A model generated the notes under the pieces. It ran no database searches. It was not told the origin of the DNA and worked only from the letters and a program-made list of their open reading frames with translations. A program made the position numbers and the translations under genes. Below are positions 53,169 through 64,000 of a stretch of 64,000 nucleotides of DNA, piece after piece; the first letter of the stretch is position 1, and each line of letters starts with the position of its first letter. The stretch is from Batkoa obscura. Taxonomy: Eukaryota. The DNA is taken from contig JASVEC010000022.1 of assembly GCA_030770535.1 (NCBI GenBank), positions 124,001 to 188,000 on the forward strand. The letters run 5' to 3'.

Positions 53169-54865
53169 AGTTGATGGATTTTATTGATGTTTGATGAATT
53201 CCGATTTTCTTATGTGTTATATATATTTTGTATTGCTGTACCTAAACATTTTTTAAATAATGTGTCTTTATTTTCAAATAGTACATGTCATCATAGTACC
53301 ATTTATTATTTATCCTTATTTTTATTTAATGGTCGAATAGGATATACTTAGCTTCAGGTGTTTCATTTAGTTAGCTTACTGTCTATAAGTTTTGTCAGGT
53401 GATGAGGCTATGTTTTATTATTTTTTAAACCGTAGAAAGTTACTAAATAAAATTAAAGTATTTTTATGCTATTTTACATATTTACTGATTTTTAACTTAA
53501 TAAGGCTCCATAATGAGATAAATTGTTTAATCAAATGAAAGTTTTATTCTTTGAATTATTTTATATTTGCGATTTTTTATTTATTTATTATCAATAAGCG
53601 TGATAGTCATAAAATAGTATAATCTTTAAGATATTTTAGTAAAGTCTATTATCAGTGCGACTTACTTCAGATGTTTATTATATAAAAATAGAAATAGAAA
53701 TATATCATTCTTAGGGATAGAATTTGATACTGAAGGTTTAAAAAAACAATGGAATTCTAGGTCTAATTTCTAGCCATAATTTAATATTCTGTTTTATTCC
53801 AATTGGTGGTTTAATTTTTGACTACCTGCAAAAAATAAGCCAAAATTTAAACTCAATTTTAAGGCCGGCTTTTTTGGCTCAAATTGTTTTTTATTAATTT
53901 AAAAACAGCATTAACTTAATAAAAACCTGCACAAAAAATGCACAAAAGCTGTTTATAAACACCATTAAATCAAAATACCTAATATTAAAACTGAATCAAC
54001 ATAAAACCAAATGAACAATAATATAAAAATCAATAAAATACCAGTTAACAACATGCATGAAGTTGTTCTTTTTACCTTATAAATGGAATTTCCGCTACTT
54101 TTAGGGAGTTCAAGTATTCCTGTCGATTTTAGACTATTAAATTATTGGAATCATGCGGAGATTTAGACTCCATGGCATGTGATTGAGTAATATTAAGGGT
54201 TGTAATTGTATTTTTTGTGTTTTCACTGGTTAATAACCATTGTTACAAAGGAAAAATTGATAAGTTTGGGCATTTGCACATAGCTATTATTATGATATAT
54301 GATGGTATCTTAGTTTGAACATGATCTTATTAGCTATTGTATCTTACAAATAGCACATTATGGAATAACTAGATCTAATTTAATAAATTAATCTGCTATA
54401 ATTGTCCATACCAAAGGTATTTTTATAAAAAAACCCGATAGCATGTTCGCGCTTTAATTATAAAGCTTATATTTAAAGCCTATTAATTGACAAAACCAAG
54501 TTACTAAATGAAATAATAGATTATTTACTCATATTGATAAATTTTAAAAGGCCCCTCCCTTTAATAAGTCATTGCAACCCAATGCTTGGGTATGGTTTTT
54601 TAAATTTTATTGCTAAATAAATAAATGTATCGAAATAAGCTTAGTTCTAACAGGAGAGTAGAATATATTTAAATAGAATAATAGAAAGTGATAAATTGCT
54701 AGGGGTGGGTTATGATATAATGGTTCATCTACGATAGTTTATATTAAAAGATAACTAAATGCTCGCTAGATATTTACGCTTTTTCTATATTTATAACTAT
54801 CTTGTAGTAAGTCAAAAATGTGACTATAAAGAAACATTCTAAAAACTACTCATAATAAAATAATA

Positions 54866-54965
54866 TGAGGATATTTTTTTGGTTTCATCGCTTTTTCCAT
54901 TTTTTAAGCGCTATTTGAGCGGAAAGATAGTTAGTAAAATTCTTAAATACAAAAATACATCCCCA
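54866..54965 (-). mobile_element. ~100-bp MITE, family 1 copy
   Basis: atat|gaggatatttttttggtttcatc...aaaaatacatcccc|atat. Confidence 0.8.
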
Positions 54966-55395
54966 TATATTATATTGACTTTAGAAGCAAAATAAATAGC
55001 AACTTTGTTATGATATAATTGGCACAAAACGTCAAATTTATTACTGGCTTCTAAAAAAATACATTCTTAAATATTTTGAGAGAAAACAATAATATACAGC
55101 ATGATAAAATTGTAACTAAGAATACATGTGCTAATCTTTACAATTATATTGTACATGCTAATAAAATATTATGATATAATAAAAATAAACTATTTAGTTA
55201 GTAAACTAGAGTGGGTAATAGTAAATAAATAAATGCACAATTAAATATGGCAAAAAATCTTAAATATTAATGACTTTTCAAATGATAAAGTCAAAATCAC
55301 CTGCAATATAAAAAAAGTAATAAGATAGGAGCAAAATATCTAGCTAAAGAAATATAGTAGTATAAAAATCCAAAATAAACAAATAAATAACAAAA

Positions 55396-56559
55396 ATGAA
55401 AATGAAAATCACAGCATTAATATTCGTTGCTTCCAATTTACTTTCTTTAGTTTATAGTGATACTGCACCACTTAAAATTGTAAAAGATACTATAGAAGGG
55501 GAATACATTATTAATTTAAAAAAAGGTACCCGTACTACATTGGATGCTCACATTCAATCAGTCAAATCCTTGTTTAACGGCCGTAGCAATGGTAATGAAA
55601 TTATCCAAGTATACCAACACATTGGAAATATGTATCATGCCAAATTCTCTAAAGATGTATTAGACAAAGTGCGTAACTTGACAGAAGTTGATTTCATTGA
55701 AAGTGATGGTAAAGCTCATGGCCAAACTGTTCAAAATAACGCTCCCTGGGGCTTAGCTCGTATCTCACAAAGACAATTCAATAATAAGTCTACTTATACT
55801 TACTCAGCTGATGGTAAAGGTGTAGTGGTTTATGTTGTTGACACTGGTGTTGCCGTTGGACATCCGGAATTTGAAGGCAGAGCCGTATGGGGTGCTAATT
55901 TCGTCAATGGAAGCCCTAACAGTGATGAAAATGGTCATGGTACTCATTGTGCTGGTACCGTAGGTTCGCGTACTTATGGGGTAGCTAAAAAAGTAAATAT
56001 TGTTGCTGTTAAAGTATTGGATAAAAACTCTAGTGGTTCATGGAGCTCAATCATTGCTGGGTTTAATTGGGTAGCTGGGGATCGTCGTGGTACTAAAGGA
56101 AATATTATTTCCGCAAGTTTAGGTGGTGGTAAGACTAATTCTGTTAATAATGCTGTTGATGCTGCTACAAGCAAAGGTGTATTGTCTGTTATTGCGGCCA
56201 TGAATGATAATTCAGATGCTTGTAATGTATCTCCAGCTTCTGCTGAGACTTCTTTTACTATTGCTGCTTCCGATGTAAATGACAGAAAAGCTTCATTTTC
56301 CAATTATGGAAAATGTGTCGATATGATTGCACCAGGTGTCAGTGTTTTATCAACCTGGAATAATGGTGGTACTAATACCATTTCTGGAACTTCTATGGCT
56401 ACCCCTCATGTTGCCGGTTTCGCAGCTACATTGTATTCTAGTAGCTCATATACTATTCCACAAATCAAGGCCTATATTCAAAATATTTCTACCAAAAATG
56501 CTATCTCTGGATTTAATTCCGATACCAAAAATTATCTACTCTTCAATGGTTCAGCATAA
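55396..56559 (+). CDS. Secreted subtilisin (S8A), pair 2 copy D (AAMN in place of AAGN)
   Basis: Signal peptide, VVDTG, HGTHCAG and SGTSMATPHVAG. Confidence 0.96.
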   Translation: MKMKITALIFVASNLLSLVYSDTAPLKIVKDTIEGEYIINLKKGTRTTLDAHIQSVKSLFNGRSNGNEIIQVYQHIGNMYHAKFSKDVLDKVRNLTEVDFIESDGKAHGQTVQNNAPWGLARISQRQFNNKSTYTYSADGKGVVVYVVDTGVAVGHPEFEGRAVWGANFVNGSPNSDENGHGTHCAGTVGSRTYGVAKKVNIVAVKVLDKNSSGSWSSIIAGFNWVAGDRRGTKGNIISASLGGGKTNSVNNAVDAATSKGVLSVIAAMNDNSDACNVSPASAETSFTIAASDVNDRKASFSNYGKCVDMIAPGVSVLSTWNNGGTNTISGTSMATPHVAGFAATLYSSSSYTIPQIKAYIQNISTKNAISGFNSDTKNYLLFNGSA

Positions 56560-56915
56560 ATAAAAACTTTTAATTGTATCGTATATCTTACTGGATAACA
56601 TTTGTATAATCTTACTTTTTGGTTTTAGTTTAATACATTTTCGAATAAGATTATTAAATTTTTATTATAAAAATCAAATTAATTTAAAAATAATTAATAA
56701 TCTATTTTTAATTTATATCAACTTATTCATAGTTAAAGACGAAACTTTTATTTATTTAATTATAAACATGAACTTTAAACTATATGATGGTTAAAAAGCA
56801 AATATAATATAGGTTGTCAAAAGCTATTAATTTTGGGATTAAAATATCTATTAAAATAGTTACTATGCCTTTAAAAGATTAAATTAAATTAATTCATATA
56901 ATTTATTACATGACA

Positions 56916-57738
<823 letters not shown>

Positions 57739-58033
57739 CTTAAAAAATAATTAGGTCGATTTTTGATGTGTATTTATAATTTGATTATAAACCAATAATA
57801 TCCTGTGGAGTTTTTAAATCCAAAGATGAAATGATGATGTAGGTGTTAGAGTATGTCATTTATTAACCAGCTTTAGTATAGTTTAGATGTAATAGATTAT
57901 ATCTTAGATGTAATAAATTATAATTCATTTGATAAAAATAGTTATATGTAAAGATAATTTTATTTAAAAATTAAGAATTAAAGAGAATAGAATTCAATGG
58001 TTATGATTTAGTTATACAAAATGAATTATTTAA

Positions 58034-61000
58034 TTAAAGGTCATCTTGAAGGATGAGTTCAATAGCACGATTAACAAATTCTTTGTTACTCTTGCTAATG
58101 TCAAGCTGGAACATACTATCTAAACGTTCTCTGAGCTGACGTTTAGTGACTTGCATAAGATCTACTCCAGATAATATTTGCTTGATACCATCAATGACTT
58201 GGTGTTCGGTTGGGTAGTTAGGTAATTGGTGGTATTGTGGTAAGGCAGGGTGTAAACCTTGTGGTAATGGAGAAGGATTACGTGATGCAATATTACCCAT
58301 TGGGATGTATTGTGGTGGTGCTGCATGTGCTAAGGACATTTGTGACTGTGGTCTGAAAGCAGATTGTCTTTGATAAGATTCAGTGCTTAAATGTGGTTGT
58401 GGCATCTGGGTATTCAAATAAGCATTTGAAGGGTATAATCCTTTCTCTGGTGCTTGTGACATTGGTGAGTGAGATCTAATGGATGGTTCATGTGTTGATG
58501 ATTTTTCAGTTTGAGCTTCTAAAAGATCTCTTTCATATTCATCCCATTTACGAGTTGGAATAGAACTTGGGTCGAATTTGACATCTTCAACGGCTGCAAC
58601 TTTCTTCTTTTTACCACCATCACCCAATACAATACGAGTATTACCCCATGAGAAATCATCAAAATGCCAGAAAGAATAGATTGGAATGAAGAAGGCAAAG
58701 ACTGGGAGAGCGCATAAGTAGATCATCATCCATCCTATTTGATTCCATTGACGACGAAGTAAAAAGACAAGCATTTGTAGTGCATAGGGTGCAACTAAGA
58801 ACAAAATAGAAAGGGCACCAATCAATTTATTGTCATCGACAATAAGTCTGTAGATAATATAACCAAGATATAATAAAGTGGCAGGCATGACAAGGGTAGA
58901 AAACAAATCCATAAAGACAACAAATCTCATGGAGAAACAGCAGAAACCACATAATCTGGGCAAGAAAACAAGTTCCATAAGATTATGAACAGTAGAATTA
59001 ATCCATCTTCTTCTTTGTGATAAAAGAACTGAGAAAGTATCAGGTGCATTAGTTAAGCATTTAGCGTCGGGTGTAAAGGTCATCTTAAAGAATGGGAAAT
59101 GCTTCAACATAAGAGTTGTAAGATAACGATCCTCACCTAAATGAAGTAAATTCTTCATGTGTAAAGTTTCAACAATGTTCTCAGAATAGTCTTTGATAAT
59201 CACATTGTTTACTAACAATGGTTTGGTGCCATCAGCAGAACGAAGACGATACATCGAGAAACAACCTGGTAAACAAGTAACAGAACCGAATAAAGATTCG
59301 AACGATTTAGCCAAATAATGGGACATATAATATTCGTACACTTGAATCATAGTAGCCCAAGTATCGGTTTCATTTAATAATGCAGTTTCACCGCAAATAC
59401 CCATGACTTTAGTATCATGCAACATAGCTGCTACAAGTCTATTAAGAGAATCAGGCATAACCATAGTATCAGCGTCCACCATTAATACAAATTCATAGAA
59501 ATGAGGGTCAACACCAATTATATTCTTGATTTGATGATACATTTCTAACTCAAGAGGAACCATAGGGTAATCATAATGTACTTTGTTAAAGAACTTCATT
59601 AAGATCATTTGGGAATCACGTTTACCACGATTGCCTGGTTTAGAACGCTCGGTTGGTTTTCCTACTTTAACAACGACAATATAAGGAACAACATGTCCTT
59701 TACACTCATATAACCCAGTGTAAACTTTACCCATATTATGTTGCTTACTACCTTCACCTAAAGAAATGAAAGATAATGGTTCACTTTCTTCTTCATTAGG
59801 GTCTGCACCAAGGAGATTAAGTACAATTCTTGGAGTTGGGAGATCATTACCACCACCAATAACCATACCATCTGGAATGATGAATAACAATTTACGTTTA
59901 TCGTCATACTTCAATGCAGCCAATGAATCAATTGTGAGCCTAAGAGATTCTTCATCTTCGGTATAACATGGTACGTTACAGATAACAAATTTATCATGAT
60001 CTTCTGGCTCTGGACGTGATCCCAATTGTAATGAGGCCAAAAATTTAATAAAAAGAATGGCAAATAAGAAAACGGATACAGCTAACAAGAGATATTGCGC
60101 AAAAAGACATTGGAAAGATTTACGATCATCGATAACACCTGCGTAAAACAAATTATCAAGGCATCTTAACAATTGCTGCCTTTCTTGTCTATCAGGCACT
60201 ACCTTGGCATTAAATTGATTAGAATCTTCTGTCCCTCTTAATTTAGGAATAAAACCATTAACAAAATCATTTGGAAGAAACTCTGTTTCACTCTGTGGAT
60301 CTCGTGCTTCGCCTGTTGGTGCTTTTATAAATGTATTTCCATATTGTTGTAGACTGTAAATCTTAGTGCCTTTATCTTTATCTTTATAAACAAAAAACTT
60401 TTTTCTATCAAAATTTTTTTCTACATCTTCAGCAGAATAAGCCATATCTCCCAAAAATCCTGGTCTCAATTCGGTCATCAACTTATTGTCAAAGTCTTGA
60501 TAATCAGTATCACTATCATCTAGTCGTTTAAAATACCTTTTGTCGTGTGGAGGAGGAAGATCCCAAGGTGTCATATTTGCAAACACAACTTGAGGACTGA
60601 TTTCAGTACCATCGATTTTATTACATAATGCACTAATTTGTATTGGGAATAAATCAGATATATCGTTACCAGCAACTTGATCAAGAATTTTATCAACAGA
60701 TCTACTTCCATGTTCCCTACCTTTAAACATTCCCACTTTTCTCAAATCGTATACTTTACCACGTAAAGCAACTAAAGCCTTTTCTTTTATTCCTTTATCT
60801 TGATCTACAGCGATATCTCCTAAACCATAAATTGCTCTAGTTGGACAAATCAAAGGATTAAACAAAGCAACAAAGGCCACTACAAATAAACAAAAGAACA
60901 TAATAATAATACAAAGCGCTACTTTTTCTCTCCATGCAAATCTAACCTCTTTTAATTTCATTCTACCACAGCATGAAAGGAAAGAGGATGGAATCCACCA

Positions 61001-63475
61001 AGTCAAAGCCCATGTACAACAAATCCATGCTTTACGAGTTTTAGTTTTTGGAATTTTAGCATCCTCTTCTTCTTCTTCAATTAAGTTTCCTTTTTCATTG
61101 TTTAATTCATTAGCAGCACGAGTTAAATCAAAATCACCATACTGATCTGCAGTTGCAATGGATTCATTATCAAAGTTACTATCAGCTTCACTATAAAGTG
61201 AACCACGATCATCTCCGCCCATACCTAAAGGATTTTGACCATGTTCAATAGCTCTTAAATTATCTTCAAGATCCCTCCATGCTTCATCTGAAAGGTAGAC
61301 AAATTGAGATCCAATAGCTAAACGATCATAATTCCAACCAAATATAGTACGAACAGCTTCAATAGATTGATCAGCAGATCTTGTTAAATCAACGCCCATG
61401 GGTTCTAAAACATTTTGGTAACGAGATATAAATTCATCATGTTGATAACAAGCAGTGTATTCGAGACTTTTTCTTTCGGCCATAATATCAATACTGTATC
61501 GAACTAATTGTTCACGAATGGTTTCAGAATCAATATGATGTGGACCAGGTGACATACAAATAACAAACCAAGTTTCTGCATTATCAAAAGTATCAAATAA
61601 TTCATCCATAGCATTTTGAAGTTGACTTGCCATACAAGGTATTTTACCATCAGTTAAATTACCCTTAACACGAGCACGTTTCATTGAAGGTTGACGAAGT
61701 GGCATACCTGATTGTTGAGCAGAAACAATAGCACCAGAAGCTTTTGGATGAGATTCAATAGTAAGACTACCATTACTAAATAAACCAGTAACAAATGGGT
61801 TTCCAGTAACTGCTCCAGACCCACGGAACGTTTGAACGAAATCGGGTGCAATACCACCCATATTACTATCCATAAACCCATTGATAGAATAGGTTACATC
61901 ACCAAAGTAATGACGAACAGTAAATTGAGCCATAGCTTGATTAGCTTGAAAAATTTCAACACTTTCATCTTCATGTTCTTTAATCATAGCTTGAAGTGCT
62001 GCTGCATCAGTGGCAGGTCCACGAGAACGATTAGCTTGACGTTGAAGGATGTTAACTAAACCAGTGGCTTTTTTACTTAATAATTGAACGGTTGGTTGGT
62101 TACTAAAATAATCGACAATTGGCATTTGGATTTGATCTTCAAGATAAGAGTCATTTGAAGCTTCAAATACATGGTAACAAATATAATTATAAAGTCGTTC
62201 ATTAGCGTAATTAGCACAAAATTGTTGGAAATTATTTGTTGAATTAATCTGAGTAGTACCAGGTAAATCAAGAAGTCCAAGGAAATTAGCTTGTTCTTTA
62301 ACACAAAGACGAGTATTAATAAATTCTGTTACCCAAGAAAAGAGTAATGAATAAAGACATCTTGCTAAATCATCACGTTGAACAGCAGCTTGAGCAGCAT
62401 CTAAAAATACGGTACATGCTTCCTTTTTAATAATCTTAGTTTTATAAGTAAGTAAACCTTCTAAAGTTCCTGGATGAAGTCCAAGGAAATCAGCAACTAA
62501 ATCAAGTACATCGGTATTTTTAATTAAAGCAGCATCATCACCGGTATGATGAGCTGGATTTTCAAAATTAATATTACCAAGATGTAAGATAGCAGCGAGG
62601 AGTTGAAATACTTGACTTTGAAATTTAGGATTAAAACCTAATGTTCTCATAGCTGCTTTTAAGGCTTTAAATTCGGAACTAAGTTGAGAATTGGAAACTT
62701 GAACTCGAGTTCCACGGAGATAATTGTAATGAGATGACTCTTGCATAAGATGGAAATGAGCCCTTTCATCAGCGGAAGTACCAGCAAGTAATTGATAAAA
62801 GGCATAAAAATTTGATTCTTGAGAACCAGGGAAGCAAACACGATTTCTTTCTAAAAGATAATCTAAATGTTTAAATCCAACAGCTCTACCCTTATGATCA
62901 AATTGAATTTCAGTATAAAGACCAAATCTAGAAGCATGAGAATTAATACTAGTAGCCGCTTGGCCAAACGAATTAATAACAGTGTATGAATTCAAAAGTT
63001 GCTTAAAAAGCTTGGATTCTTTTTTAGAACTTTTTCTTAAAGCAGCCAATTGAGATACAAATAATTCTTTTGCTTTAGATTTTCCAGAACCAGAATCACC
63101 AACAAAGATAACGGATTGATCAATAGCTGAACGACGTAAATGAAAATAAGTAGTATTAGCTAATTGATAAATATGAGCTGGTAATTGAGTGGAACGACGT
63201 CCAGAAAAGTCTTCAAAGTCCTCAACATATTCAGCTTGAACGGAATCTCCTTGAAGTGGGTTACTAAGATGCAATGGATTGATAGAGAGTAATACCCTTG
63301 ATCCAACTTTAGTATACGTTTGATTCTTAGATTTATATTTTTCTACTAATGTGTGTACAATACTATTAGTAGTTTTTTGACTGACTTTCGATAAATCTTG
63401 ATCCCTTGAGCCCTCAACTGGAGTGCTACGTTCGGATGGGATATCATTGATATTTGATTTCATATGAGTAGCCAT
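58034..63475 (-). CDS. Myosin-motor chitin synthase (class V type)
   Basis: Myosin head with P-loop GDSGSGKS, cytochrome b5-like region, GT2 motifs LGEDRYL and SQRRRWINS, TM helices and a C-terminal DEK-C-like domain. Confidence 0.95.
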   Translation of the reverse strand: MATHMKSNINDIPSERSTPVEGSRDQDLSKVSQKTTNSIVHTLVEKYKSKNQTYTKVGSRVLLSINPLHLSNPLQGDSVQAEYVEDFEDFSGRRSTQLPAHIYQLANTTYFHLRRSAIDQSVIFVGDSGSGKSKAKELFVSQLAALRKSSKKESKLFKQLLNSYTVINSFGQAATSINSHASRFGLYTEIQFDHKGRAVGFKHLDYLLERNRVCFPGSQESNFYAFYQLLAGTSADERAHFHLMQESSHYNYLRGTRVQVSNSQLSSEFKALKAAMRTLGFNPKFQSQVFQLLAAILHLGNINFENPAHHTGDDAALIKNTDVLDLVADFLGLHPGTLEGLLTYKTKIIKKEACTVFLDAAQAAVQRDDLARCLYSLLFSWVTEFINTRLCVKEQANFLGLLDLPGTTQINSTNNFQQFCANYANERLYNYICYHVFEASNDSYLEDQIQMPIVDYFSNQPTVQLLSKKATGLVNILQRQANRSRGPATDAAALQAMIKEHEDESVEIFQANQAMAQFTVRHYFGDVTYSINGFMDSNMGGIAPDFVQTFRGSGAVTGNPFVTGLFSNGSLTIESHPKASGAIVSAQQSGMPLRQPSMKRARVKGNLTDGKIPCMASQLQNAMDELFDTFDNAETWFVICMSPGPHHIDSETIREQLVRYSIDIMAERKSLEYTACYQHDEFISRYQNVLEPMGVDLTRSADQSIEAVRTIFGWNYDRLAIGSQFVYLSDEAWRDLEDNLRAIEHGQNPLGMGGDDRGSLYSEADSNFDNESIATADQYGDFDLTRAANELNNEKGNLIEEEEEDAKIPKTKTRKAWICCTWALTWWIPSSFLSCCGRMKLKEVRFAWREKVALCIIIMFFCLFVVAFVALFNPLICPTRAIYGLGDIAVDQDKGIKEKALVALRGKVYDLRKVGMFKGREHGSRSVDKILDQVAGNDISDLFPIQISALCNKIDGTEISPQVVFANMTPWDLPPPHDKRYFKRLDDSDTDYQDFDNKLMTELRPGFLGDMAYSAEDVEKNFDRKKFFVYKDKDKGTKIYSLQQYGNTFIKAPTGEARDPQSETEFLPNDFVNGFIPKLRGTEDSNQFNAKVVPDRQERQQLLRCLDNLFYAGVIDDRKSFQCLFAQYLLLAVSVFLFAILFIKFLASLQLGSRPEPEDHDKFVICNVPCYTEDEESLRLTIDSLAALKYDDKRKLLFIIPDGMVIGGGNDLPTPRIVLNLLGADPNEEESEPLSFISLGEGSKQHNMGKVYTGLYECKGHVVPYIVVVKVGKPTERSKPGNRGKRDSQMILMKFFNKVHYDYPMVPLELEMYHQIKNIIGVDPHFYEFVLMVDADTMVMPDSLNRLVAAMLHDTKVMGICGETALLNETDTWATMIQVYEYYMSHYLAKSFESLFGSVTCLPGCFSMYRLRSADGTKPLLVNNVIIKDYSENIVETLHMKNLLHLGEDRYLTTLMLKHFPFFKMTFTPDAKCLTNAPDTFSVLLSQRRRWINSTVHNLMELVFLPRLCGFCCFSMRFVVFMDLFSTLVMPATLLYLGYIIYRLIVDDNKLIGALSILFLVAPYALQMLVFLLRRQWNQIGWMMIYLCALPVFAFFIPIYSFWHFDDFSWGNTRIVLGDGGKKKKVAAVEDVKFDPSSIPTRKWDEYERDLLEAQTEKSSTHEPSIRSHSPMSQAPEKGLYPSNAYLNTQMPQPHLSTESYQRQSAFRPQSQMSLAHAAPPQYIPMGNIASRNPSPLPQGLHPALPQYHQLPNYPTEHQVIDGIKQILSGVDLMQVTKRQLRERLDSMFQLDISKSNKEFVNRAIELILQDDL

Positions 63476-64000
63476 CTAAAGGAATTAATTAATACCATGT
63501 TTACAATCAAAGTTCAAGTTAACCTACCTTTGAAATAATTAAAGCTTAATAAAATTATTTACAATTACACAATTTCTTTTCAATAAGATAAAAAATTAAA
63601 TTAAATTATACAATAAAAACTAAATGGATAGACTTGACGTCTCTATAATAGATAATAATATTTTTTCTTCAAATTAATCAATATTAATGAGAAAGATAAA
63701 CAATCAATAAAAATTGAAAAGAAATTAAATTAATAAATTAATTATAAATTGTAATATAAAAAGGGGTATTTAAAAATATATTTTATAATAGTAACTATCT
63801 GCTTTTATTTGTTAATTTAAATATAAAATCAGGCCTTGGAGTTATTATAGTTTCCGCGAACCTCTTATTCTTATAAACTTTGATTGTTCCAAAACTAATA
63901 ATAGATTGAACAAATAGATCAAGTACTTTGGACTTTATAGTACTACATTATTGGTTTATCTATGAAATCTTACTTCATAATAAATTACGGTGAAAATATA

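Overview
This is very AT-rich eukaryotic DNA with short (mostly about 45-55 nt) GT-AG introns. Gene content points to an early-diverging fungus, probably Entomophthoromycota such as Conidiobolus; that placement is inference only. Housekeeping genes: a GNAT acetyltransferase, a STE12-like C2H2 factor, RPB2, COQ8/ABC1, NOP53, SHO1, a Rab5-family GTPase, an ArfGAP and a myosin-motor chitin synthase. Accessory enzymes: four secreted proteinase K-like subtilisins in two head-to-head pairs, two M1 aminopeptidases, two aldo-keto reductases (one disabled), a GDSL-family protein lacking the nucleophile Ser, an ER-type UDP-glycosyltransferase, an alpha/beta hydrolase and an RNase T2 pseudogene. Structure not explained by the ORF track: (1) a ~100-bp TIR element (MITE) with seven full copies, one variant and fragments; (2) a second, TA-flanked 157-bp TIR element; (3) a possible decayed transposase; (4) sharply bounded identical tracts in all three protease paralog pairs (1067 bp; about 619+123 bp; 86 bp), suggesting gene conversion; (5) an RPB2 start codon apparently split by an intron (A|TG). 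All alignments and splice models were made by eye, so exon boundaries are approximate.
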